Below, piece by piece: positions 50,110-60,209 of a DNA stretch of 64,000 nucleotides (the first letter of the stretch is position 1; the number at the start of each line of letters is the position of its first letter). A program made the position numbers and the translations under genes. The notes beneath the pieces are model-generated. The model had not been told where the DNA came from. It did no database searches and worked only from the letters and a program-made list of their open reading frames with translations. This DNA comes from an uncultured Chloroflexia bacterium. GTDB lineage: Bacteria; Chloroflexota; Limnocylindria; Limnocylindrales; CSP1-4. The stretch is taken from NCBI GenBank assembly GCA_963725875.1, contig CAVRZZ010000003.1:731843-795842 (forward strand). The letters run 5' to 3'.

Positions 50110-50876
50110 CCAGTGAGATCCTGGTTCGATGGCGCCAGGTGGAGGCCCCTCGCCATCGCGTCAGGATGCATGCGCACGGGGCACTTGACCAGAGGTGAAG
50201 GCGCGCCGCACGCGGTAGCCGTCTGCCCACCCGTCGAACCCGGCGTGTCAGCCCTCGGTGCCCTGCTCCGCCTCCCACTCGTCCGGGTCAGCGCGTACTC
50301 GACGTCCCCGTGCTCCTCGCCCTCGACGCGCTCGGGCCAGGGCTGGTGGAAGACCCGCACGCGGCGAAGCCCGGCCTTCTCCATGACGCGCCAGGACGCC
50401 TGGTTCACGACCATTGTCGTGGCATAGACGCGGCTGGCCCCCAGCTCCTCGAAGGCCTTCCGGATCAGCGCCCGGCTCCCCTCGGTCGCGAAGCCTCTCC
50501 CCCAGGCATCCGCGACCAGGCGATAGCCGAGCTCAGGCTCGTCGTCCGGATCGCCCTTCTGCGGGCGGAGGTGGAACCAGCCGCGGAACGCCTCGGTGCC
50601 CTTCTCGATCGCCGCCCAGAAGCCGTAGCCGTCGCCCCTGGCGTAGTAGGCCATCCAGGCAGGCAGGTACTCATCGCGAATCTCGTCGCGTGGCGTCGGG
50701 CGGCCGCCGTTGATGTAGCGCATCACCGCGGGATCGGAGTCCAGCGCGGTCGCAAGGTCGACGTCAGCGGGCGTGAACCGACGCAGGACCAGGCGCTCGG
50801 TCTCGAGATAGACGTGCACCGCGGGGATGGTACCGCCGTCAGGCCGAGGGATCCGCCGATGCTCGAGCGCACGCAA
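50106..50876 (-). CDS. GNAT-family N-acetyltransferase (RimL-like) with a C-terminal extension
   Basis: …LVLRRFTPADVDLATALDSDP…GYRLVADAWGRGFATEGSRALIRKAFEELGASRVYATT… The tail after about aa 200 is low-complexity. Confidence 0.7.
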   Translation of the reverse strand: MRALEHRRIPRPDGGTIPAVHVYLETERLVLRRFTPADVDLATALDSDPAVMRYINGGRPTPRDEIRDEYLPAWMAYYARGDGYGFWAAIEKGTEAFRGWFHLRPQKGDPDDEPELGYRLVADAWGRGFATEGSRALIRKAFEELGASRVYATTMVVNQASWRVMEKAGLRRVRVFHQPWPERVEGEEHGDVEYALTRTSGRRSRAPRADTPGSTGGQTATACGAPSPLVKCPVRMHPDAMARGLHLAPSNQDLTG

Positions 50877-51055
50877 CGCACGTGATCCATCGGTTCGGCG
50901 TTCCTGCTCAGCCGCGAGTGGCGCCCGTGGCGCGTGCCGTGTCCGACTCCCGACCGAACCGGGGTCGCGCCCGCCATTGGCCCGTGCCGCCGCCGCGTGG
51001 TCAGATTCCCCCAGTGATCCGCCATGGTCCGGCGGGTCCGGAGGGGGGAAGCGAG

Positions 51056-51883
51056 ATGACGCAGCTCACTGCCCGGAGGCGCCAGATGAAGCACCTTTTC
51101 GGCACCGTCGTCGTCGTGTTCGCCATCGCCGGTTGTGCGACCGGGCAAGGCGTCGCCACCGGGGCCGCTACCTCGCCGAGTCCCGTCGGCGGAGCCGGTG
51201 GCGAGCAATCAGATACGCCGAGTCCCACGCCGACATCGACTCCCACGCCGACAGCCGCCGCCTCGGCTGGGGTAACCGAATTCCCGGGGTACAGTGACCA
51301 GGTGGCTCCAGGCACCTACTTGTGGCCTGCGGGTGGTGCGGCGCCGGCCGATATCACCTTCACGATCCCGTCGGGATGGATCAGTCGGTATGGCATTCCC
51401 CACAAGGACCGCGATGGTCCGGCCGAGATGGCGGTCGGCAGCTGGATCATCGCCAATGTCTACGCTGATCCGTGCCAGTGGCAGGGGTCCGCGCTCGATC
51501 CAGCCGTCGGGCCGACGGTCGACGATCTGGCGTCTGCGCTGATGGCCCAGAAGGGTCGCGCCGCATCGCCACCGACCGACGTCACGCTGGGCGGCTACCC
51601 GGCAAAGCGGATCGAGGTATCGGTCCCCGCGGATCTCGACCCCGCTACGTGTGACGAGGGGGTCATGCGGACCTGGGTCGGACCAGGTGAGCGTGTCGAC
51701 ACGTGGTACTCAGATGATCCGGAGGCTCGTTCCCCCTTGCGCAGCGGCCAGCTGAACGTCGTGTACATCGTTGACGTCAATGGCGAGAGGCTCGTCATCG
51801 ATACGTGGCACATGCCAGGGACGTCAGCTGCGGACTTGGCGGAGCTGGATGCCATTTTGGCGTCGATGCGCATCGAGCCCTGA
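51056..51883 (+). CDS. lipoprotein of unknown function
   Basis: Lipobox FAIAGCATG followed by a PT-rich linker (PSPTPTSTPTPTAAAS). Start taken at MTQLTARRRQMKHLFG. Confidence 0.55.
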   Translation: MTQLTARRRQMKHLFGTVVVVFAIAGCATGQGVATGAATSPSPVGGAGGEQSDTPSPTPTSTPTPTAAASAGVTEFPGYSDQVAPGTYLWPAGGAAPADITFTIPSGWISRYGIPHKDRDGPAEMAVGSWIIANVYADPCQWQGSALDPAVGPTVDDLASALMAQKGRAASPPTDVTLGGYPAKRIEVSVPADLDPATCDEGVMRTWVGPGERVDTWYSDDPEARSPLRSGQLNVVYIVDVNGERLVIDTWHMPGTSAADLAELDAILASMRIEP

Positions 51884-52341
51884 CGGTACAGCGGGTCCCC
51901 CATCCTCTGCACGGCGTGTCGCTGCGCTCACCGACCGTCAAGCCGAACAGGCCGAGGACGCTGACATCGCCCGGTGGCCGGACGGCCATGGTCGCCATTG
52001 CGCTTGCTCGGAGTCGACCGCCGGCCAGACGCGGGCCGAGGTGGTCGTCCCGTCGTTCTCGATGCGGATGAACCACGCTGCGGCACCCAAGTGGCCGGGT
52101 GACCGGGGATCTCGGGATCCTCGTGGACCCGTGAAGTCCGGGACCGTCGCCGCGATCCTCAGGCGTGAGTAGGTGATCATCCACACACGGATGAAGTACA
52201 AGGACGCCAGGTCGTCGATCTCGCAGGACCGCCGTTCCATCCCGACTTGCTGCTGAGCCCGTTCTCCCACCGCACGGCGCAGACGTCGTCACGCCCGCCG
52301 GAAAGCGACCGGAAGAGCGCGATCCTGGCCTACCGTCAGGT

Positions 52342-52680
52342 CTCAGGCAGACGCTGTCGGAGCGCTGTAGGGTTCATCGATGGTCTAGAATGGCCTTCGC
52401 GCTCAGGCAGACGCTGTCCCCGAGCGTGACTCCCGAGCGGGAGTAACTCAGCTGGCAGAGTGTCTGCTTCCCAAGCCTGAGCGGCTCAGCGCTGTGGGCT
52501 CCCGTGTGGCGGTTCCGCCAAATCGCCTCAGTTATCCGCTGTAGCTTCCGGCCTCTGGAGGTCGCGGACGGGGCGCCAACCGGAACCTAGCAGCCGATCG
52601 GCCCGGCAGAAATCCCTGATGTGTACACCGGTGTGCAGCGAGCGGCCGTGCCCGATCTATTGCCCTTGTCGAGCAGTCTC
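52342..52680 (+). repeat. copy B of the ~330-bp structured repeat element
   Basis: See copy A. Shares an additional ~35-nt 3' extension with copy C. Confidence 0.7.
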
Positions 52681-53030
52681 CGCAAGGCCAAGTCGTCGCT
52701 CGAGATCATTCCGGGGCCATAGGATCGCCCCGCCGTGGAGCCTCAAACCTCCGCTCCAGGTGATCGTCCTGGCGCTCCCGGTTATCGAGTCGCCAGATAC
52801 CCAGCGACGGCGCACCGCGAACCTCTCGAGCTTGGTCGATGCTTCGACTGCTCGGCGGTGTGGAACAGCCGTTCCCTCGACCCGAATCGTGGTCCCTGGC
52901 CGGCTCGCCGATGCGCTCGCCCGGGTCGCGAAGATCGTCGGCTCGACCGGAGTCGCGACGACGATATCGATGCTGGCCCGCTCGCGGGACGAAGGCGCCG
53001 ATTGCAGCGACCGCTGACGCGTCTGACCCC

Positions 53031-54251
53031 CTACCGCGCGACCCACCGCTCCGCGGGCTCGAGCAGGAACCGCTCGAGCGGGATTCCCTCGCCGCCCACG
53101 AGGAGCGATCGGATCGGGCCGAGCCCAGAGAACGCGGTTGTGAACGCGGCGATCCCCGACAGCGAGGCGCCTGCCCGCCCGCTCTTGACCTCGATCGCGG
53201 CAAGGCCACCGGCTCCCGACAGCACGAAGTCAACCTCGCGTTCCCCGTCACGCCACCACGACAGCTCCAGCTCGCCCGTGGCCGCGGCGTTGGCAAGGTG
53301 CGCGCCGACCGCGGACTCCACCAACCGCCCCCAGGTCTCGCCGTCGGCCCGGGCATCGGCGAACGAGCGGGCGGACTGCGCCGTTGCGAGCGCCGTGTTG
53401 AGGACCTGGAGCTTGGGGCTCGACGCGCGTCGGCGAATGACGTTGCCCGAGAACTTGGGCAGGCCCGTGAGCAGGCCGGCGCCCGCGAGCAGCTCAAGGT
53501 AGTGGGCGAGGGTCGTCGTATTCCCCGCGTCATGGAGCTGGCCGAGCATCTTCGTGTAGCTGAGTTCCTGCCCGCTGTACCGGCAGCCGAGCTCGAACAG
53601 CCGCCGCAGGAGCGCCGGCTTGTCGACCCGCGTCAGCAGCAGCACATCGCGGCTGATGGTGGTCTCGACGAGCGCATCGAGGATGTACCGGCGCCAGCGG
53701 GTCTCGTCACCGATCAGCGTCGCGGCCCCCGGGTAGCCGCCGAAGTAGACGTACTCGTCGAGGGTGGTCCCGAACGCGGCCCGCATCTCCCCGAGCGACC
53801 AGTGCGGGACGCGGATGACCTCGAACCGGCCGGCCACGCTTTCGGTGAGCCCCTGCTCAACGAGCAGGGGTGCCGATCCGAGCAGGACGACCCGGAGCGG
53901 CGAACCCGAGCGCGTGTCCTCGTCCCACAGGCGCTTGACCGACTCCGACCAACCGGCGGCCTTCTGGACCTCATCGATCACGAGGACGGCGCCATCGGGG
54001 CCCGCCTCGAGCCGCGCCGCCTCCCATTGAGCCGCGATCCACTCGGGGCCACGGAGCGCGGGCTCGTCGGCGCTCACGACGCGGACCGGGACCGGCAGGG
54101 CTTCGACCGCCTGGGCGACGAGCGTCGACTTGCCCACCTGCCGTGGCCCTGCGATCACCTGGATGAACCGCCGGGGCTCGGCCAGCCGTCGGGCCAGCTC
54201 GGCGGCCTGTGGTCGGCGATACGGAGATGCGGGATCTGGACTACTCACCAT
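53031..54251 (-). CDS. AAA-superfamily ATPase with DUF4143 (COG1373-type)
   Basis: Walker A (GPRQVGKST) and Walker B (VLVIDEVQ). The C-terminal DUF4143 region resembles restriction-endonuclease-like folds. Confidence 0.8.
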   Translation of the reverse strand: MVSSPDPASPYRRPQAAELARRLAEPRRFIQVIAGPRQVGKSTLVAQAVEALPVPVRVVSADEPALRGPEWIAAQWEAARLEAGPDGAVLVIDEVQKAAGWSESVKRLWDEDTRSGSPLRVVLLGSAPLLVEQGLTESVAGRFEVIRVPHWSLGEMRAAFGTTLDEYVYFGGYPGAATLIGDETRWRRYILDALVETTISRDVLLLTRVDKPALLRRLFELGCRYSGQELSYTKMLGQLHDAGNTTTLAHYLELLAGAGLLTGLPKFSGNVIRRRASSPKLQVLNTALATAQSARSFADARADGETWGRLVESAVGAHLANAAATGELELSWWRDGEREVDFVLSGAGGLAAIEVKSGRAGASLSGIAAFTTAFSGLGPIRSLLVGGEGIPLERFLLEPAERWVAR

Positions 54252-54580
54252 GTTGAGTAGTCTTGCTCAGGATCGTGCGGAGTGCAAGACCCCGCTGCAC
54301 CCACACTCCACGAGCGGCTCGGCACCTGGGCGATCAAATCATGCAGTCGTCGCCAGATCCCGGTGGAGCAGTCGACCCGACGGCCTCCGACCGCGAGCTC
54401 GGGCGTGCCCGGCGTGCGGTTCGGGCTCGCCCGGCCCGCGCGACCCGCGCGATCGTGACCAACGTCTCTGGACGCACCAGCCGGCCAACCCGGAGACTCT
54501 GCCCAGACGTCGCGCCGCGGACCCAGGCCCGCGTCCCAGGATCGGCGCCCGGCGCTGCATGGGAGCCTGGAGGAAGCGCC

Positions 54581-55495
54581 ATGGCTGAGCCGCGGGTCCT
54601 GCTGTGCGGTGCCACAGGCGAGCTGGGAGGCGAGATCGCGAGGCGACTCGCGGCGGCCGGAGTGCCCTTCCGAGCACTCGTGCGGAAGGGGCGGCCGACC
54701 GCGCCGCTCGAGGCGCCGGGCGCCGAAATCGTGCACGGGGACCTCCGCGACGAGGCGTCGCTCGTCCCTGCCGTTCGCGGCGTGACGACGGTCATCAGCA
54801 CGGTCAACACCATGGCCCGGCTGCTGGCCGGCGACCACGACCTCAGCATTCGCGACGTCGACGATCGCGGCTACGCGCACTTGATCGCGGCCTGCGAGAA
54901 GGCTGCCGTGCAGCGCTTCGTCTTCGCCACTGCGCTGGGGGACCTCGCGGCGGTGCACACGCCGTTCACCGACGCCAAGGTTGCGACCGAGGCCAGGCTT
55001 CGCGCTTCCTCCATGGGCGAGGTGATCGTCCGCAGCGACATGTTCCAGGAGGCCTGGTTCACGCCCACCGTCGGCTTCGACTGGACGCACGGCAAGGTGA
55101 CCGTGTACGGCAAGGGTGCGACGCGCCACGCGTACGTGGCCATCGCCGACGTGGCCGAGGCGATGGTCCGCCTGGCGCTGACCCCGGACCCGCCTCGCGA
55201 GGTCGAGATCGCGGGTCCTGAAGCGATCTCCCGGACGGAGGCCGTCGAGGCGTTCGAGAAGGCCCTCGGGCGGCCCATCCGCACGCGCCATGTGCCCCGG
55301 ATCGCGATGCGCCTCGGCAGCGTTCTCATGCGCCGGCCGCGTCCGGCCCTGGCCTCGGTCATGGGCATGGCCCTCTTCGACGACCTCACCGAGACGAAGG
55401 TCCGCGACGATGCCCTTCGCGCTCTCGGGATCACCGCGCGGCCGGTCGGGGCGTACATCGCCGACGTCGCCGGCAGGCAGGCCGCGGCAGGGTAG
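54581..55495 (+). CDS. NmrA-like / atypical SDR NAD(P)-binding protein
   Basis: MAEPRVLLCGATGELGGEIARRLAAAG… Rossmann fold with no catalytic Tyr-Lys pair visible. Confidence 0.75.
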   Translation: MAEPRVLLCGATGELGGEIARRLAAAGVPFRALVRKGRPTAPLEAPGAEIVHGDLRDEASLVPAVRGVTTVISTVNTMARLLAGDHDLSIRDVDDRGYAHLIAACEKAAVQRFVFATALGDLAAVHTPFTDAKVATEARLRASSMGEVIVRSDMFQEAWFTPTVGFDWTHGKVTVYGKGATRHAYVAIADVAEAMVRLALTPDPPREVEIAGPEAISRTEAVEAFEKALGRPIRTRHVPRIAMRLGSVLMRRPRPALASVMGMALFDDLTETKVRDDALRALGITARPVGAYIADVAGRQAAAG

Positions 55496-55679
55496 TGCCC
55501 GCCTGAGGGCGGCGACCCGCTTCGGACCAGCGGGAACCGGGACGATGGACCTTCCGGGGGAGCCCGCGCTCGAGCATCGCAGTGAGGCAGCGAGCCCATG
55601 ACGCCGGGTGCCTGCACGGGCTGTGGCGCAGACCTCGAGCATTCCGCTTTGTCCCTTTTCGCAACGCCGCCCCGCCCGT

Positions 55680-58600
55680 ATGCTCCCGTCCATGACGGCG
55701 TGCCCGGCCTGCGGCAGCGAGAACCCCGACGGGGCGCGGTTCTGCAACGGCTGCGGTGCGAGGCTCGCTTCGACGGCCGAGCCGGCGGCCCGCGAGGAGC
55801 GCAAGGTCGTCACGGTCCTCTTCGCCGACCTGGCCGGGTTCACCGCCCGCGCCGAGACGCTGGACCCCGAGGACGTGCGGGCGTTCCTCCTCCCGTACTA
55901 CGACGTCCTCACCTCCGAGATCGAGCGCCACGGGGGCCGGGTCGACCGCTTCCTGGGCGACGGGGTGATGGCCCTCTTCGGGGCGCCGACGGCCCACGAG
56001 GACGATCCCGAGCGCTCCGTGCGGGCGGCTCTCCGCATCCTCGAGCGGATCCCGGGCCTGGGCCTCGACCTCCACGTGCGCCTCGGCGTCAACACCGGGC
56101 CCGTCCTCTTCGCCGCCGGCAGCGGGGGCGAGCGCGACGATGCGGTGACCGGGGACGCCGTGAACACCGCGGCCCGGCTCCAGGCCCTGGCGCCGACGGA
56201 CGGGGTCGTCGTCGGCGAGGCGACGTACCGAGCCACCTCGCACCTCTTCGCCTACGAGGCGCTCGCGCCCGCGCTCGTGAAGGGCAAGGCCGAGCCGGTA
56301 CCGGCCTTCCGGCCCACGGCGCCGCTCGCGAGGCCACCGGGTGCGCTCCGCGCCGAGACGACGCCGTTCGTGGGCCGCGACCTCGAGCTCGCGCTCCTGG
56401 GCGGCCTCTTCGAGCGGGCCCGGTCCACCCCCTCGGTCGAGCTGGTCACGATCGTGGCCGAGCCGGGCCTGGGCAAGTCCCGCCTGGTCCGGGAGCTCGC
56501 CCGCCACGTCGATGCCCTCCCCGACCTCGTCACCTGGCGGGTCGGTCGCTGCCTTCCGTACGGGGACGGGATCAGCCTGTGGGCCCTGGGCGAGATCGTG
56601 AAGAGCCATGCCGGCATCCTCGACACCGACGACCAGGCGACGCTGGCGGCGAAGCTCGAGGCCGTCCTCGTGGAACCCGACCCCTCGACGCGCACCTGGA
56701 TGAAGGACCGCCTCGCGCCGCTCGTCGGCCTCGAGATCACGGCCCAGCCGCCCGTCCAGGAGGAGGCCTTCACCGCCTGGCGTCGCTTCCTCGAGCAGGT
56801 TGCGCAGGGAGGTCCGACGGTCCTCGTCGTCGAGGACCTCCACTGGGCCGACGACACCCTGGTCGCCTTCCTCGCCCACCTCGGCGACCGCGCCGCCGGC
56901 CTCCCGCTCCTCCTCGTGACCACCGCCCGCCCCGAGCTCGAGGAGCGCCACCCCGCCTGGCTGTCGCGGACGAGGCGCTCGACCGTCCTGTCCCTCGCCG
57001 CCCTCCCCGACCGGGCGATGACGACCCTCGTGACGGCGTCGATCCCCGGCGCCTCGCCCGAGCTGCTCGCGTCGGTCCTCGAGCGCGCGGCCGGCTCCCC
57101 CCTCTACGCCGAGCAGCTCGCCGCGATGCTTCGCGACCGGGTCCTCCCGATCGCCGGCGGAGCGCTGGACGAGGATGCCATCCCGGCCTCGATCGCGGCG
57201 CTCCTGGCCGCCCGGATCGACGCCCTGCCGCCCGCGACGAAGGGCGTCCTCCTCGACGCGGCGGTCGTGGGCAGGACGTTCTGGTCGGGGGCGGTCGCCG
57301 CCCTCGCGGGACGCGGGCGGACCGAGGTCGAGGCCCACCTGGCAGAGCTCGTGCGGCGGGAGCTCGTCCGCCCCGTCCTCCCGTCCACGATGGTCGGCGA
57401 GGCCGAGTACACGTTCTGGCACGCCCTCCTCCGCGACGTCGCCTACGGGGAGCTGACGCGGCAGGCCCGCCTGGCGAAGCACCGGGCCACGGCGGCCTGG
57501 ATCACCGCGAGGGCGGGAGCCGCCCGCGGCGAGGACGCCGAGATCGTCGTCGCCCACCTCGACCGGGCCCTCGAGCTGGCGGCCACGACGGGAACGACGG
57601 CGATCGTGACGGAGCTCAGGGAGAGCCTGGTGCGGTACGGCCGACTCGCCGCCGAGCGGGCGACGGCGACGTTCGCGGTCGAGAAGGCGGACGCGATGTA
57701 CGCTGCGGCCATCGCCGCCGCACGGGCCATCGTGGAGTCCGACGACGCCGAGGAGCACCTGGTTGCGCTGGCGGAGCTGCTGGCCGGCGACGGCGCCCTG
57801 CTCGCCCGGATCGGCAGGTCCGACGCGGCCGTCGCGGCCTGGGGCGATGCTCTCGCGGCGATGCCGCCCGGTCGCCCGGTGTGGCGGGCGCGGGTCCACA
57901 TGATGTGGGGCGACGTCGAGATGGACCGGCGCGCATTCGAGGCCGCCGACGAGCAATTCGCGGCGGGCGCCGCGCTCCTGGGCAACGAGCCGCCCGCGGA
58001 TCCGTCCGAGGCATCGGCATGGTGGGCAGCGTGGCTCGACCTGAAGAGCCGGGCCGTCGAGCGGGCCTACTGGCGCGGCGACCCGGTCCTGATGCAGGCC
58101 GTCATCGAGGAGCTCCAGGAGCCGCTGGTGACACATGGGACGGCAGCCCAGCAGGCCCAGCACTACCACCTTCGAGCGGACCAGCTGCTCCTCCGGGACC
58201 GGTTTGCGCCGTCGGACGAGACGCTGGCCCTCATGGAGCGCGCCCTTGAGGCGAACCGGCGAGGTGGCGACCGCCGGGCGCTTGCCTACGACCGCTTCTG
58301 GCTCGGCTTCACCTGCCTCTGGCGCCGCGAGGAGGCTCGGTCAGAGACCGAGCTGCGGGCTGCCGTTGTCGAGGCAGGCCAGATCGGCGACGCCATGGTC
58401 GAGTTGCGCTCGCTCGCGTATCTGGGGCTTCTCCTGCGCCGGCAGCGCCGAACGGCGGAAGCGGCTCCCGTCGCGGAGCGCACGACGCTGCTGGCCGGTC
58501 GGCTCGGCCAGGCCGTGTATCGCGCCTACGGGCTGTCGACGCTGGCCTGGCTGGCACTGGAGAAGGGCGATCTAGAAGCGGCCCGCCGCGACGCGGCCGT

Positions 58601-58883
58601 CGCGGACGACCTGTTCACCCACGACGGTGCGGTGTTCCCCTTTCGCTGGCTCTCCCTGTGGCCGCTCCTGGCGTGCGATGTCGAGGACGGGCGGATGCGG
58701 GAGGCCGCCAGCCGATTGCCGCCGCTCCTCGACGCGACGGCCCAGCCCCTGCCGGATCAGCTGGCGCACGAGGTTCGAGCCGTGCTGGCAGCGGCCGCGC
58801 GTGACGCAGTGGGCGACGGCAGCGATCTGCGGCGGGCCTTGGATCGCGCCCTTCGAGCCGCTCGGCGCCATGGGTACCTGTAG
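55680..58883 (+). CDS. STAND-type signalling ATPase: double zinc-ribbon, class III nucleotidyl cyclase domain, AAA/NB-ARC ATPase and TPR-like helical repeats (LuxR-less LAL-type architecture)
   Basis: CPACGSENPDGARFCNGCGA zinc ribbon. Cyclase motifs (VTVLFADLAGFT, …FLGDGVMALFGAP…). P-loop (EPGLGKSRL). A long TPR/helical C-terminal region. Confidence 0.8.
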   Translation: MLPSMTACPACGSENPDGARFCNGCGARLASTAEPAAREERKVVTVLFADLAGFTARAETLDPEDVRAFLLPYYDVLTSEIERHGGRVDRFLGDGVMALFGAPTAHEDDPERSVRAALRILERIPGLGLDLHVRLGVNTGPVLFAAGSGGERDDAVTGDAVNTAARLQALAPTDGVVVGEATYRATSHLFAYEALAPALVKGKAEPVPAFRPTAPLARPPGALRAETTPFVGRDLELALLGGLFERARSTPSVELVTIVAEPGLGKSRLVRELARHVDALPDLVTWRVGRCLPYGDGISLWALGEIVKSHAGILDTDDQATLAAKLEAVLVEPDPSTRTWMKDRLAPLVGLEITAQPPVQEEAFTAWRRFLEQVAQGGPTVLVVEDLHWADDTLVAFLAHLGDRAAGLPLLLVTTARPELEERHPAWLSRTRRSTVLSLAALPDRAMTTLVTASIPGASPELLASVLERAAGSPLYAEQLAAMLRDRVLPIAGGALDEDAIPASIAALLAARIDALPPATKGVLLDAAVVGRTFWSGAVAALAGRGRTEVEAHLAELVRRELVRPVLPSTMVGEAEYTFWHALLRDVAYGELTRQARLAKHRATAAWITARAGAARGEDAEIVVAHLDRALELAATTGTTAIVTELRESLVRYGRLAAERATATFAVEKADAMYAAAIAAARAIVESDDAEEHLVALAELLAGDGALLARIGRSDAAVAAWGDALAAMPPGRPVWRARVHMMWGDVEMDRRAFEAADEQFAAGAALLGNEPPADPSEASAWWAAWLDLKSRAVERAYWRGDPVLMQAVIEELQEPLVTHGTAAQQAQHYHLRADQLLLRDRFAPSDETLALMERALEANRRGGDRRALAYDRFWLGFTCLWRREEARSETELRAAVVEAGQIGDAMVELRSLAYLGLLLRRQRRTAEAAPVAERTTLLAGRLGQAVYRAYGLSTLAWLALEKGDLEAARRDAAVADDLFTHDGAVFPFRWLSLWPLLACDVEDGRMREAASRLPPLLDATAQPLPDQLAHEVRAVLAAAARDAVGDGSDLRRALDRALRAARRHGYL

Positions 58884-59074
58884 CGATCGGAGACCGGGTG
58901 GCCCCAGACGGAATCGTCGGCGGCCCATTCCGCGCCTCCCCGGTTCCCGTCGGTCGGGTCGCGCTCCCGGCCGGCTGGACTCCAGCAGCGGGCGCCTCGC
59001 CGGTGCAGACAAGGTCCCGATGCAGTCATGCGATCACGCTGTCCCCGAAGCGGCGGATCCGGGAGATCGTCGTC

Positions 59075-59415
59075 AAGCAGACGCTGTCGGAGCGCTGTAG
59101 GGTTGATCGATGGCCTAGAATGGCCTTCGCGCTCAGGCAGACGCTGTCCTCGAGCGTGACTCCCGAGCGGGAGTAACTCAGCTGGCAGAGTGTCTGCTTC
59201 CCAAGCCTGAGCGGCTCAGCGCTGTGGGCTCCCGTGTGGCGGTTCCGCCAAATCGCCTCAGTTATCCGCTGTAGCTTCCGGCCTCTGGAGGTCGCGGACG
59301 GGGCGCCAACCGGAACCTAGCAGCCGATCGGCCCGGCAGAAATCCCTGATGTGTACACCGGTGTGCAGCGTGCGGCCGTGTCCCGAGCTTCTCGCTCTCG
59401 TCGAGCGGTCGCCCT
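59075..59415 (+). repeat. copy C of the ~330-bp structured repeat element
   Basis: See copy A. Its first internal direct repeat is caagcagacgctgtc (a-for-g variant). Confidence 0.7.
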
Positions 59416-59667
59416 GGTGCCGAAGTGGTGAACGGGCGGAAGAAGGATCCAGGACGTTCCCGTCTATCGGAGGCTTCGGCGCCCAGCCACGACCAGGGCC
59501 ACGCTGACCGGCACGCCCGCCAGCAGGAACGGCAGCTCGAACCCGGCGCCAAGGGCGAGTGCCGCTGGGCTGGGAGTCAGGGTTGCGGCCGATGATGAGC
59601 ACCGGCGTCCCAATCGCGTGCTCCACCCGACCGTCAAAGGCCCCATCGGCGAGCTTCCGATCGCGGG

Positions 59668-60209
59668 TTGGGCATCGTGTTGACGCTCGGGTTCCTCCCG
59701 ACGGGGATCGCGACCTTCCAGGTGGCGTGTTCTCGCGTCAGGCGGCCCTCCTCCCTGGTAGGGGCGATGGCCGGATTCTTCGTCGTCTTCTCCGGTTCCT
59801 TCCTCCGGCTGCGGGGCGGATCGGGACGGCCATCTTCGGTGGGATCGGCCTGTCCATCGCGCTGCTTGACAGCTGGCTGGACCGGCGGCTCCCCCACACG
59901 GTCAAGGGCCAGAAGCGACCAGCAGCGTTCTACGCGATCGTCACGGGGATGGGGGCGGTGCTGGTCCTCCCGTTCGTGCTGCTCGTGTTCTTCACCGCCG
60001 ACGGATACCAGATGCCGCTCCGGGCAGGCTATGCGCTGTTGGTCGTCGGGGTGTGCACGGCCGCCTGGTGGGGGCTTCGCCTCCGGGGGCGCGTGAGGGC
60101 GCCGCGGGGTCTGGTGATCGCGGACCGGGGAGCCACCCTGATCGCCGTCATCCTGGGCGCGTGGACATCACTCCTTCACATCTCCCGCGCGCTTGGGGCA
60201 CCGTCCTGA
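59668..60209 (+). pseudogene. hypothetical polytopic membrane protein with a frameshift near 59812
   Basis: N-part TM helices (GIVLTLGFLPTGIATFQVA, LVGAMAGFFVVFSGSFL) lie in the frame of ORF 59668..60096. C-part (…RIGTAIFGGIGLSIALLDSW…AIVTGMGAVLVLPFVLLVFF…) lies in the frame of ORF 59559..60209. The junction is at a GGGG run. Confidence 0.4.

Noticed and set aside
51938-52270. 110-aa minus-strand ORF (…CEIDDLASLYFIRVWMITYSRLRIAATVPDF…) between the lipoprotein gene and repeat copy B
   Set aside because: The composition is more realistic than the artefacts, but there is no start context or recognisable domain and it overlaps other frames. It may be a gene fragment, and there is insufficient support to call it.
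45057-59415. CRISPR array or DGR template/variable repeats as explanations for the three long repeats
   Set aside because: The units are ~330 bp with 7-kb spacing, not 25-50-bp repeats with short spacers. No cas genes or reverse transcriptase are present in the window.
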